Below, piece by piece: positions 1-11,907 of a stretch of 64,000 nucleotides of DNA. Position numbers and translations under genes: made by a program. Location: positions 7,874,001 to 7,938,000 of the forward strand of contig CM102285.1 in NCBI GenBank assembly GCA_046563655.1, in the 5' to 3' direction. Origin of the DNA: Yuukianura sp. NJ FZ-2021. Taxonomy: Eukaryota. Each line of letters starts with the position of its first letter. Position 1 is the first letter of the stretch. The notes beneath the pieces are model-generated. The model saw only the letters and a program-made list of their open reading frames with translations, was not told where the DNA came from and did no database searches.

Positions 1-118
1 CTTGGGTAAAAGTACGTTTTGGGTCAAAGGTCAAGCATTTTGAGCACATTTCAAATTAAAACTCGGGTAGTGCTCGGTCGTACAAAGAATGAAGCGGAAT
101 TTTTCTCATTGAAATCAA

Positions 119-977
119 GGTTGAAGTAAACTTGGGCCGCGCGCCTGTCCCCACCCGTTCAAATTTTCGCGCTGCTTCAATTGTCCCCACCCATTGTCCC
201 CACTTGGTGGGGACAAATGTGTCCCCACCAGCCTTAAACAACGACTCCACCTAGCGGTTGGTGTCGAACTAACGAATTCGAGCTGGCAACGTTGTAGTTT
301 TGCTTCAATGTAAAAAACCCACTGTAGAAAAGGCCACCAGGGACTAGGGCAAATGTAATCACTATTGCCAGCTTAACCAAACCTAACGCCGCGCCTTCGG
401 CGCGGAAACTGCATTGTACCAAGAAGTTTCGGGCTGAAACTACACGAAGAAGTTTCTTTGCAGTTTCCGCGCCGAAGGCGCGGCGTTAGGTTTGGTTAAG
501 CATGCAATAGTGACTATGTCTGTAGATTTCGCTGATTGTCCTACAATAGTGATTTTTTCTGTAGGCTTTTCTGACTTATACTTGGTTTCCCCAAATTGTG
601 CGTTGGGAGTGTATCCTTTCTTTTGTGACCCCTTCGCAGCCAAAGTGCTGGGAGTCTCGCTCAGCAGTCACAAAAGAAAGGTGGCAAAAAAAATACACAG
701 GCGGAATATAGTTTTGGAACGGAGCATAGTCTCACTATATTTATTACCTGTGCCCTGGGTGTAGGCAATGGAGCAACGGTACGACGTTGCCAGCTCGAAT
801 TCGCTAGTTCCACTTCAGCCGCTAGGGGGAGCCGGTGTAAGGCTGGTGGGTACACTTTTGTCCCCACCAAGTGGGGACAAATGTACCCACTCGGTGGGGA
901 CGCTGGGTGGGGACAATGGTGCAGCGCGAAAATTTGAACGGGTGGGGACAGGCGCGCGGCCCAAGTTTACTTCAACC
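119..977. mobile_element. Foldback/MITE-like element with nested inverted repeats
   Basis: Outer arms ~119-310 and ~767-977 are reverse complements (GGTTGAAGTAAACTTGGGCCGCGCGCCTGTCCCCACC... / ...GGTGGGGACAGGCGCGCGGCCCAAGTTTACTTCAACC); inner arms 360-413 and 459-512; short ORFs on opposite strands are near-identical in sequence. Confidence 0.7.
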
Positions 978-1402
978 GAAATCAACCGACTGTTCCGTCG
1001 CATAACGTAGGAGGGAGTGACCTTAACGTAGTTGTAATCTAGCATAATGTCGTAGTAAGTTTAGTATAGTGGTGAAAATGAAAACGTTTTAACCGCAATT
1101 TTAACAAAAAAAAAGTAAACCACTTAAAGTAAGTGATTGGATGCCATAAGGTTAAATTAAATTTCAACCCACTTTGATGTTTTGAACCAGATTAGTTTTT
1201 CGTACTTCTTTTTCAATTTAAAATATTCTCATATCCGGAATAATTGTGATAGGAATTTTTTTTGAAAAGTTAAGCAGGTACATGAGTTCCGTTCCAAACA
1301 ATTTCGGACAGACAAAGTTTTAGTAGTACAGAATCGAAGTTTCTCTAAATCGTAAGCAGTATTGCCCTACTATTTAGGATTTGTAGAAACATATTTCTGT
1401 TT

Positions 1403-4400
1403 TTACATTGAGCTTGGCTTGGGAAGTTTGGGAAGTTTTGGTTTCTTTTTATCAGTTCTTTCATGATACTCTTGAAAGCAGGGAACAATACAGAGATTGA
1501 TATGGCACTCGGGACACTGGTACTTCGTCTTCCGCCTCAAGATTCGGCCGCACTGGTCAACCGAATTCCAACAAAAGTTGCAACCTAGGGCTGGTCCAGG
1601 TCTTAGAACTGGACAATGACCAGAACGCTGTACTGGCGGAGTTCCTTCCGGGGCAGAATCTTCTTCCATAGAAACAGAGAAGCTGCCAGCGGCATCGCTC
1701 GCTCCAGTTCGGTGCGTCGTCCTCGGTTCGGGTTCATCCGCGGAGCTTCCTGGGGATACACTTAGGCCGCCTTCACTCTTATAAACTTCCATGTCTTTGT
1801 TTCCCGTGTGCTGGATTCGAGTAAATCCACTGCCTCCGCTAATGTTTCCGCTTCCTTCAGGTACTGGGGACAGAATTTGAATAATTCCGGTACTCGTGTC
1901 GACAAGGTAAGTGCTCTCTCCGTAAGATTCTTCTCCGGATGTATGGGGAAGGTAATACGTAAGGGTACTGGGTTTAAGTCCGGAAGGTCCAGGACTCGTC
2001 GCGTGTAGTATTCTGCTCGGAACTGAATGTTGTACGGGTGATGGGGTGGAGTGTTGCCGTTGAACGGAGGGTGAACTGGTACGCAGAGACGTCGTTCCTC
2101 CAGTGTGACTGGGCAGCAGCGGTTGAGATACTTGCTTAACCAGAATGGGCTGTTGACCTGAATGGCCAGTCGTAATACTTCCACTTCCGCTGAGGCGTTC
2201 TGGAGCTGGAGCTACTGGAATGCTAAGTAGTTTTGTCATTGCAGAGTCAGTGGAGGTCGAGGAGTGCGAGGCTGTCGGAGGGAGAGGAGACATTTCTGAT
2301 TCGTCAATTGACAGTGGGAGTGGACTGGATGGTGGCGTAGGAGAACTGCTGCTGACCATTAAAATAGGTACGATGGACTGTTGTCTCATGATCTGTGGTG
2401 GCTGTGGTGAGGGGGACATAGGTTTTTCTTCTGAGGGTGTCCTTGTAATAGGTATGTTTAAGTTTACGCTCGTGTTTGATGCTTCCGACTCCCTCCGAAG
2501 AATACCGAAACGCTTCTCTTTGTAAGCAGCAAGGACTGCTTCTTCCGATTCGTCTTCACATTCGATGGCGGCACTGCAGCTCGAGGTGGGAGCTGACAAA
2601 GTTTCCGGTGCCGAGAGTGTTTCTGGTTCCAGCTCGCGTCCGCATTCCTCCTGACGCTTGATTCTTGGTTGCCGTAATAAGGGGCGGCCCCTTCGTCCCT
2701 TCCCACTCCCTTGGCCTAATTACAAAACATAATTTAGATAGATTGTGTTTTAACATACACGATTTTTAAATCACACGTCAGTCAATTCCAGTCAATGTCC
2801 GCGCTAGAACCTATCTGCAAGACCCAAGTAACCAACGTTTCGTCAAAGTCAAAGCAAAGTCAAGATTTAGCCGTCAAATGTCAAACGTTAGTTTCCTGGC
2901 AAAAAAAAAGTTTACAAAAACCAGAATTTTTTAAAGAAATTTTCTAGAGCTTTGCCAAACAATGTATCTTTTGTAATCACCGAAGATGCACTGTCTTCTG
3001 AAGTAGTCGATTGGTAAATGACTCGTAACGGTGCTCCACCAGAGATCAATGGTCTCCTGCTTGGATTGTCGCTTAATTGTGACGTCTGTTGAAAATTTTT
3101 TCTCGCTTCAATTCCAAGGCCGGCCTGTGAACATGAACAACCTCAGTTAAATCGAAGGATTGACGTAATTCCACAAGAGAATGGTTAAAAAATTTCTTAC
3201 CTCAGTAAAGTTCCGGGTGAAGGTCAATGGACCTTCCTGTTGTCATATGCAGTAGCCACCGCTGCCGTTCTGTTGGTCACTATATTGCTCCAAACGAGTT
3301 GTTAAGCGATTCTTGTTTCTGATATAAACTTTGTAATGTTACATTTGGCATTTGTGTATTAAATGCTATAAAACCCTGCAAATTAGTACTGCGCGTGCGC
3401 AGTCGAAGATTTTCTCTGGACAGAGCATTATTGAATAGGTTGAACCCAAACCATCGTTTAAAAAACGCTGCGAGTAAAGAATATTTTAGCAAAAAATGAA
3501 ATATTAAATACGAAACAACTCAAATCTCTTGTGAACCGAAAATACTAGCAAGGCTAAAATGTTTGGCAGGCGCGCAGTCGCAAAAACAGGATTAGCTTCG
3601 AAAAGCATGACATAGTTACATGCACCAATCAAAAACTGCAAAAAATAACATGCATGTTAACCCCAAGCTGGCACTTGACCTTTGTCGGGATTCCTTTTGA
3701 AGTCACAATAACATAAAACTATAAGTAAAATTGTGCATAACAAAAAAACTGCTTTTTAATCTTTGGAATTCACTGGAATGGACTCATTAACCATATGAAA
3801 AGTTTGTACCTTAACTTTTAGAATATTTTAGTCCCACTTTGTAAGAACACCTTGTACAAAAATGCTTTAACTCTTACTTTAACTAATTTTAGTACCTCCA
3901 ATTTCAGGTTCATGTTTCCATAAATTTCAGCTTCAACGCAGCACTTAAGGTCCCGTTCACAAAAGACGCTAAGTTTTAAGGTGGTTTCACATTTGAAACC
4001 ACTGTCACAGTAATTCAAAAATATTATTTAAACTTTAAATATTACACAGGGCAATTTAAATTATCCTCCACCGGAAAGTATTAAAGCTTACACTCGTACA
4101 CATTGGAAACTCTTAAACATAGTTTTAAGTACGTTCTTAAGTTGTGTACTACGCTAAAGTAAAGTTAGGGACAACTAGTATGTGGAGATACAAAACAGTA
4201 CTTACTAAATTAAGGCTTTACAATACAAAATGAAATGCATATTACAGAGAGTTGGAATGGAATCGTAGCGTATTAGAATGATTGTGCTTAGCTCCATTCG
4301 TTCCCACTGGTCATAAGTATAAAATTCTTTGGAAGGTCACTCAACTGGTTAAACTTAAATTCTTTGGAAATGCTCATTTGCAGTTTTGCAAATATTGGAA

Positions 4401-7400
4401 AACTTGGAATTGACTTTGGTCGAACAGTCCTATCTTCTCGTATTCGTTGTTCCGAAGTTAGTTCGGAGAGTTGGAAGCGTTGTCATTGGAATGGATTTGA
4501 AATTGGTCGTCGACTACTCGTACTGCTCCACTTTTCGTCGGTAGCCGTGTTTCATTCTACAGTGGTTAGAAAAGCAATCGTTAAAAATTGTAACTCTAAA
4601 TTCTATCCACACTCGTGTAACGATGCTCTCTTCTGGAAACGATTGTCTCCGCGCAAAAACAGATCTTTTAAGAACTCGGATTTATGGGAGAAATTGGAAC
4701 CAAAGACGGGAATTCCTTCCGCAGAACTGCCAAAGCTCAACGGAAAAGACTGAATACTTTCCCGAAGTTCGTTTTTAGTGTTTTGACCGGTTCTAGTTTC
4801 CTTTTCTAGGGATATAAACGTTTTCCATTCACATTCCGCATACCGACATTCCGTATCTTTGACTTCCAACTTCCCCCGCTAATCCGTTGAATTAACAACG
4901 TAAGTTGCCAGAAATTTCTGACCCACCTGTAGTGGTACCAGACGGAGCTCGCATTGAGACCGTGCCGAAGTGCTGCTTCACGAAACGTCAGCGATGGATT
5001 GGTGAGAAGGTCTGTTATGGCAGTTTCGTACTTGGAACTCGTTATGACAGCATTTTCAGAGGATCCAGGAAACTTCGGATACCTCACCCTCCGCCTTCCA
5101 CCTTAACCAATCCGAACAACACTATTAAATCCCTCTCCTAACTTCAACAATTTACACCACTTTAACTCTCATCAACTACGAAGGTGCCCCCTGACCCCAA
5201 ATCTAATTGAATCGTGAATCGATCCAGAAATTTACCGAATATCTACCCCAGCACCAAATAATATTACCCTACTTTCCAGATACTTGATACCGATACTGGT
5301 ATGTAATGTAACTTAACTAACCCCAAGCATTTGCAGTTACATCCACCCGTGGCAGTGCAAAAGCGTACGCAGTTATGCATAAGTAAAAGGCAGTAGACGT
5401 GCTCGACAGACTAAATTGCAATTTCAAACAGGCAGTTTCAAATTTCTAGCACTAAACTATTAGAGAAACTAAAAAATGTACTCAAAGTACTGTGCGATAG
5501 GGCAAGTGATTAAGTTCTCCTCTAACTAGAGTTGTGTAATGTGGGCGGAAGTGGGTATATTGATGAGATCATAAAAATAAACAAAAGAAAAGAAAACAAA
5601 TGAGGTAATTACTTGCGCCGAAGTGAAGGCCAGCTTGTGAGAAATATTGGGCAGAAGTGGAGGGTGGCATGTTCAAGTAAGCGGGGTCACCATAGTCAGG
5701 ATTGTCGTCTGGCCCAAAGGAGTCATCCTCCTCAAATTCAAGATCCCCACCCTCGTCCTCGTCATCAACATCATCCATCTTAACATCCGCTATCTCTAGA
5801 TCATACCCTAGCAATTAACAAAACCAATAAATCAATCTCTAAAACCTCAATTACAACCAGTCTCTGACTGTTTTTGGTAAACTAGAACAACATTCCTCCA
5901 CAAGTTTACACAAATGTCATCTCTGCTAATTTGTCAGTCCAGCAAAGTCCGTACAAGTCCAAGTCCAAGCGCTTATTTGCCATTGCGGCAACATCGCTCG
6001 TAAATTCACAAAATGTTGAATTTTCGTCGCGTGCGCGCTGAATGTCGCCCCCGAATTACACAAACTATTTTGTTGCGACTGCGAACAATGTCAGTAGAAC
6101 TCAGCCTTGCATGTCCGGGAGTTTGTCCAGCATTTTGGTTTAAAAAGAATCTTGTACTAACCTCGTTCAGCACCTGGGGAGCCTTCATCGAAGTTTTGAT
6201 TTTCAGAAAATCCTCCAGAACTCTAAACAATTAGAACACAAAAACTTGTATTATTTATTTACGCTTTTGATTTTTATTGAATTTGGAGTGAACGATTATT
6301 TTCTTACCAACTCCGAATCAGCACTTCCAACGGCAGCATCGCGCCGCTCCTTGTCCAACCCTGAATCGAGACTTTTTGATTTTAGTGTGGCTGAGGCGGC
6401 TGTGAGTGTCGGGAGACCTCGACTTGTAGTAATGGGCGGTGACTTGGAAATGATTGTGTCTAATCCCTGACTGACTGCTGTGCCGTCGTCAATTGAACGG
6501 CTCACGGAAGCACCAACACCGGACTCAAATGATCCACCCGCGGAATGGTCGCCTGCGTAAAAAATCAAGAATGGTTTAAAAATCCAATCCAAAGATGATA
6601 CTCAATAACTCAATTGAATTCTGTGTAATACGGCTTATGTGTATATACCATTTGTACTTTGAGACGAAATCCCGCCAAGATTTGCTCGTTTCAACCTCTT
6701 GCGAGGAAGGTCTGAAACTGGAACGCTGTCAGATTCTCCGGACGTCCATGGCGAAGACGGGTAGTGACGGGAGTTGCTGGAATGATCTGTACTTTTGGAC
6801 CCTCCCACACGTTTCAACTCGTCTGCTGGAACTTCGGCTAAACCTTTGACCTGCAGTGTCCCTGCTGTCTGAAATGTCAACAAACAAACGTAAAATGAAC
6901 ATCTATATCGAACATACGCTAAGTGTCAACTATATAACAAATCTACAAATCCAAAAAAACAGGACGCTAAAAACAATTCCTGCTTGTTATTCATTAAGTC
7001 GGCTTTCAATTTTTAATCTTGATTTAAGCAATAACTATTTTGCTCGTTTGCAGATTAATCTTCAGGAAAACAAATAAAAACAACATAGCCCCGCCACTGC
7101 CACAGCCCTAGGCTTCGTTCAGTTTTTAGAACATAGCTAAAACCTAGACGCTGAAAAGATTTGCGAAGTAGCTGGATAGATTTGATTTATTATCGCTGAT
7201 TATTTTGGTTCTTGTGGTGCTTTCCTTAGCAAATCTTTTTGGCGACCTTGAGATTGAGATTGAACTGCAATCATTGAGGTGAGCTTCTAAATCGTAAGAA
7301 GTACAAATACTTACGGACAAAATACTGTTCATTCTATCCTGTGCAATATTGACTTCTCCATTGTAGATGAAAGTAATGATTGTTTTAAGGTCAGCATATT

Positions 7401-10400
7401 GGACATCCTTCAGTATCACAATAGGATGTTTGCAAGGATTGCTTTCAAAGACGTGCTGAAATCAACGAAACCAAATTTCATCAAAGCCAAGCCAGATTTA
7501 AGGTTAATCGCCAAATGCGGATTTCATCTTATAAGTTTTAATTACTATCAAAACTCGTTGTACAAAGTTTTTTGAAGGAGTTTGGCATTAATTCTGAGCT
7601 TTTCAAACTGAAAACTTTTCCAACCATAAACAACATTTTAGAACGTCATCACCTAAATAAAACTGATTGTTTTCCTCTCAACTGCGCTGATTTTTTATCA
7701 GGTTGAAATTGAACAAAAAACAAGGCCTTGTCTATGGTGTTCCTACTATTTGAACACGTAGAAAAAGTTTTAACTTATTTGCAATGCTTTTGAATAGTCT
7801 CACATTTAAGTGCCAAAAAGTTTACCAAAAGACTGCGAGTCATATTCACATTTTGAAATCGCCTAAGGTTAAATTCCTAAACAAGGAGGGAGGTGGAAAA
7901 TGGGCCATGAACAACTCAGCCGCCATGACAGATCATGACGAAGTGATCAAATCCTTCAAAAGCTCACCTAGGCATAACGCTCACTCATAAAAAATACTCT
8001 GTTCAGTGTTCACTGTTCAGGGATTTGATCATTAATACACGTTATAAGAAATTTTGCCAATTCCATCTCATTTGAAATCAGTTTCGAGTTCACAATCTCA
8101 ATCTAACTTTTGATTTCAAGGTAAGATGGATGGAAAGTGGATTTAGAAAGAAAGCTGTGGAAGAGTGACGTTTTTTTTCCTCTTGGTTTACGTACAAATG
8201 TCAGGGTCAAATTCTAAATCGATGAAACCTGACATTTACATTTTACTCTGTTTCTTTACATTTGCCTAAGAAAAAGTTTATGCACGTAGCACGTTACATG
8301 TGATGCTGAAAGTATGGGAGTAACTCTACGTGAAATGTGTAAATTTTTGAAAAAGTCACACACATCATATTTTTTAAAATGGATGAAAATTTAAGTAGTA
8401 GTTGTACTATAAAAGAACAACTTGTGTGCAAAAAATCGTAACCCTAGCATTGACCTCTGGGGAGTTATTCGGTGTCAAAGTCGCCATTTTGGAAATCTTG
8501 CCCCCTACGTATCTCCGAAACGGCTCAACCGATTTAGGTCATCTTGGTGTCAAAAGAAAGGGCTCACTTAGTTCTAAATCAGTTTTTAAGCAGAAGCAGG
8601 TAAGGGCTCATGGGCCCTTAATAAGGGCCTTATTAAAAAACTCAATTTTCGTCCTCGTGTTTTAGTACTTTAAACTCCGGTATAAGTGTTCCCGGCTTTA
8701 GCCCTTAAGGGTACCCTGCAAGGGCGTGAAGGGCCCACCTCCAGGACCTTAAGCGCCACCAGATAAGTAGCTAAAAATGTGAAGATTGCATGCTACCGTA
8801 TTACGGGATTTTGTCTTTCCAAAAGTTAAATATCCGGTGTCCCTTAACGTCCTGACAGTGGGCCCTTCACACCCATGCACGGTACCCTTAAGGGCTACAG
8901 CAGGGAGCACTTATACTGGAGTTTAAAGTACTAAAATACAAGGACGAAAATTGAGTTTTTTAATATGGCCCTTATTAAGGGCCCATGAGCCCTTACCCGC
9001 TTTTGCTTAAAAACACATGTAGTACTAAGTGAGCCCTTTCTTTTGACACCGAGATGACCTAAATCGGTTGAGCCGTTTCGGAGATACGTAGGGGGCAAGA
9101 TTTCCAAAATGGCGACTTTGACCCCGCATAACTCGAGAAAGGTCAACCCTAAGGTCACCAACTTTTGGTGAAATTTTTTTTTGTCTGTGTACTACCAGAT
9201 AGCAAAATCTCAAAAGGATCAAAAATGGTGATGGTTTTGGTCATTTACACATTTCACGTAGAGTTACTCGGATTTCAAGAGGAAAGTCCAAGTCAAAAAA
9301 CATTTCAAACAAATTACTTCCCCATCCCCATTCAACATCGCGTTCAATACAAATCAAAAATCGGAACTTTTAGGAAAAGCAAATCTAATCAATTCAATGG
9401 CCAGTCTCAATTCGAATCCATTGCAAATATGAAAAACATCTCGCTCGCAAATCATTCAGAACTAGAATTTTATAGCCATTTTGAATCCAAATTTTTGATT
9501 CGATAAAAATTCATCTATGTATTGCATCCATGAGCTGTCTGTACAGACTTGAGGTTAACTACGATACAAAATGCATAAAATCCCAAGTTGTGCTCGTTTT
9601 ACAAACTGCCGTTTTACTTGATGCCAGAAATTCCTAATTCTACTCGTCGTGTGATGATGTTGAAAAGGAAACTTTCCCTAATTCCTGAATCGTAATTCAT
9701 GTAATTAGAGATACAATTAAAGCCGAGCTTACAATTAATTAGTTTCTGCCCTACTTCACTTTTTCTTCTGAACACTTTCATTTTCAAGCGGAAAACTAAA
9801 AAATCACGTACAGAATACTCAGCGTTTAAAACTTTGGCGCAGAATAGCAGTTTCTATTTTCATAACAATCTTCATCATTAACACAAGCTCTCTTTAAGGT
9901 ATGACTTTGACTTGAGTCATGGATTGCAGCGCTTCGCTTGCGAATGCGCCGAATCGTAGTTAAAGAAATTATTCATAACCATTTACCGGAATAAATTGAA
10001 TGAACGCTCTTGATTAACTCACGGATGCAGATTAGATACTAAACATTACGTTAGGTAGACCGAGGAGTCATTGCGTCATGCGCGGCAGTAGTAACGACAG
10101 TTACCGGAAAAAAGATGGATGACTCACCTGGAAGTACGGACTACAGGCTGAAAGAACCAATTTGTGTGCCTGGATTCGGCGACCTTCGCTGGAAACGAGT
10201 GTCACGTCGACAAAGGACTCTTTGGTGAGGAGATGTGTGAAGAAACTAACGAAATTAGGCTGATGATTGTTCCAACGTAGGCAGTATTCACGCATGCTCG
10301 CTAGCGGCGGCGCATGGTTCCTCTGCGGAGTTCTATGGTTGCTGCTTGAGTAACTATTGTTGTTATCCATTGTTCCCCGGTTAAGTAAATTGTTAAGATT

Positions 10401-10529
10401 GGGATTGTTTCCAACGCTATTCGGATTTGAGTTCCGTTCAGTACTGTTCGTTGTGGCTCCAGAGTTATTGGCGGGACTGGAATTGTTTGACTGTGGCAGC
10501 AACGGATTTGCACATGTAGTGGCAGCCAT
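1403..10529 (-). CDS. BTB/POZ-domain transcription factor (tramtrack/bric-a-brac group), multi-exon; isoform ending in a C-terminal piggyBac-type Cys-rich finger
   Basis: Exons with GT-AG boundaries and consistent phase: 10529-10128 (YCLRWNNHQPN...VDVTL...AHKLVLSACSPYFQ), 7455-7315 (CKHPIVILKDV...FIYNGEVNI), 6868-6649 (TAGTLQVKGLAE), 6552-6308, 6222-6162 (phase 1), terminal exon 2715-1403 (phase 1; GRPLLRQPRIKR ... CNFC...YQCPECHINLCIVPCFQEYH). Start ATG inferred. Confidence 0.85.
4927..5807 (-). CDS. Alternative 3' exons of the BTB gene: acidic exon (5807-~5613) and Pipsqueak-type HTH exon (~5101-4927)
   Basis: Phase-1 acceptor at 5807 fits the 6162 donor (GYDLEIADVKMDDVDDEDE...); downstream exon KYETAITDLLTNPSLTFREAALRHGLNASSVWYHYR matches the HTH_psq pattern; exact splice sites and the end of this isoform are uncertain. 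Confidence 0.55.
8318..9269. mobile_element. Foldback non-autonomous DNA element in BTB intron
   Basis: Termini GAGTAACTCTACGTGAAATGTGTAAAT (8318) / ATTTACACATTTCACGTAGAGTTACTC (9269); long inner arms ~8440-8740 vs ~8855-9160; no clear TSD. Confidence 0.75.
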
Positions 10530-11745
10530 GTTTTCCCCTTCTTGGACAATTCGAGACCGCGTGACGCTGATCGTGCCGTGTTCCCACCTAAGTACCTGCT
10601 GATTGTCTTGTTCAATGAAAGTGACTTTGTTCGAAATCAATTGAAAATTGTTCGAAGTGTGCTGCTGAAGGTCTTGGTCGTGGAGGAGGTGTCCATTTGG
10701 CTAGTGATTTCCACTGAAGGAAGTGAAGTCGACGACGATGGGAGGACGAACAAGTTTTGTACGAACAACGAGTAAATTTCAATTTCCAAGAGTTCACATT
10801 TCTAAAAGTTTGAACTAAACTGAAAGTGCTGTTGTTTTGATATAACTTTTAGACGGTGGGGAGCAGAACAGAGACTATGATGGTAGAGGTGGTCTGAGAT
10901 CCCCCTCTCTTTCAATTGGAAATCCTTAGCGGATATACCGCTGGTGGCTGTGCAAAAAGTTCCTGTTCTGCTTCAATTTCTAATTCTAAATTGTACTCAA
11001 TCCTTCCTTGGGTAAAAAGTTGAAAAAGTGTTGCAGTTTGTATGAAAATCCACAATTCCAACAACTACTGAGCATTTGACCTAACCGCAACCTGTTCTCG
11101 ACGTTACATTCCATCTAAATGGGTTTCGCCACTTGAGAACAGCGATTTTTTCATCGCTGGTTTTTTTTTTACCTTTTTGTACAGAGGGAAGTTGTTTTGG
11201 TTAGTTGTTTGAACGGTTGAGAACAATGGTGACGTTGGTTGGTTAATGGGAAATTTCCACGTTCGGATGACCAATTTTGGATTTTTATAAAAAAGGTGAA
11301 GGATTCCAATATAGCGAAATCCTGTTCACTCGCCTCGTGTTTGAATATCCAAATTCAATTCACACAGCAGATCCCCTCTAGCCCATTGGTTCACACTGTG
11401 GAACTTTTCAACTTACGTCACAACGCACAGTCAGGGCCGTCCACAAATTTAAAAACAACTTGCTCTCTCTCCCTCTTTCATGCAGGTTTTTTAATGATTT
11501 TTCGACACGGCGCGGCGGGCCAAATACGGATCAATATTTTTCTAGGTTAGAATCCTAATTAGAATGTATACCCCTCCACAAAACAAATGAAGTTAATTAT
11601 ACTGGTTTCTTCAAAACAACAAATGTTTTTGTAAGTCTAGAATGTGGGATAAATGTGAAGCTTTTCTTAGCAAATTGAGAACAAATTGTTCATACTTGTT
11701 AAAACGCGTGCTAATTTAGTTAATTTAGGGTTTTTCCTTATACTA

Positions 11746-11907
11746 CAGCAGACTTCCTCAAATTGCAAGTTGCAACTCGAGAAACCACCCCCATACAGGT
11801 CGAAAAGTGTGAAAGATAAGGTTGTTATTCCAATTTTTGACTCTTCCGAGGTAAAGGTCGAGGGTATGGGGGTGGTTTCTCGAGTTGCAATTTGAGGAAG
11901 TCTGCTG
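11746..11907. mobile_element. Tc1/mariner-type MITE
   Basis: TA|CAGCAGACTTCCTCAAATTGCAA...TTGCAATTTGAGGAAGTCTGCTG|TA: CAG termini, TA TSD, 162 bp. Confidence 0.8.

Noticed and set aside
8402..9161. Two near-identical ORFs on opposite strands as duplicated genes
   Set aside because: Artefact of the foldback arms
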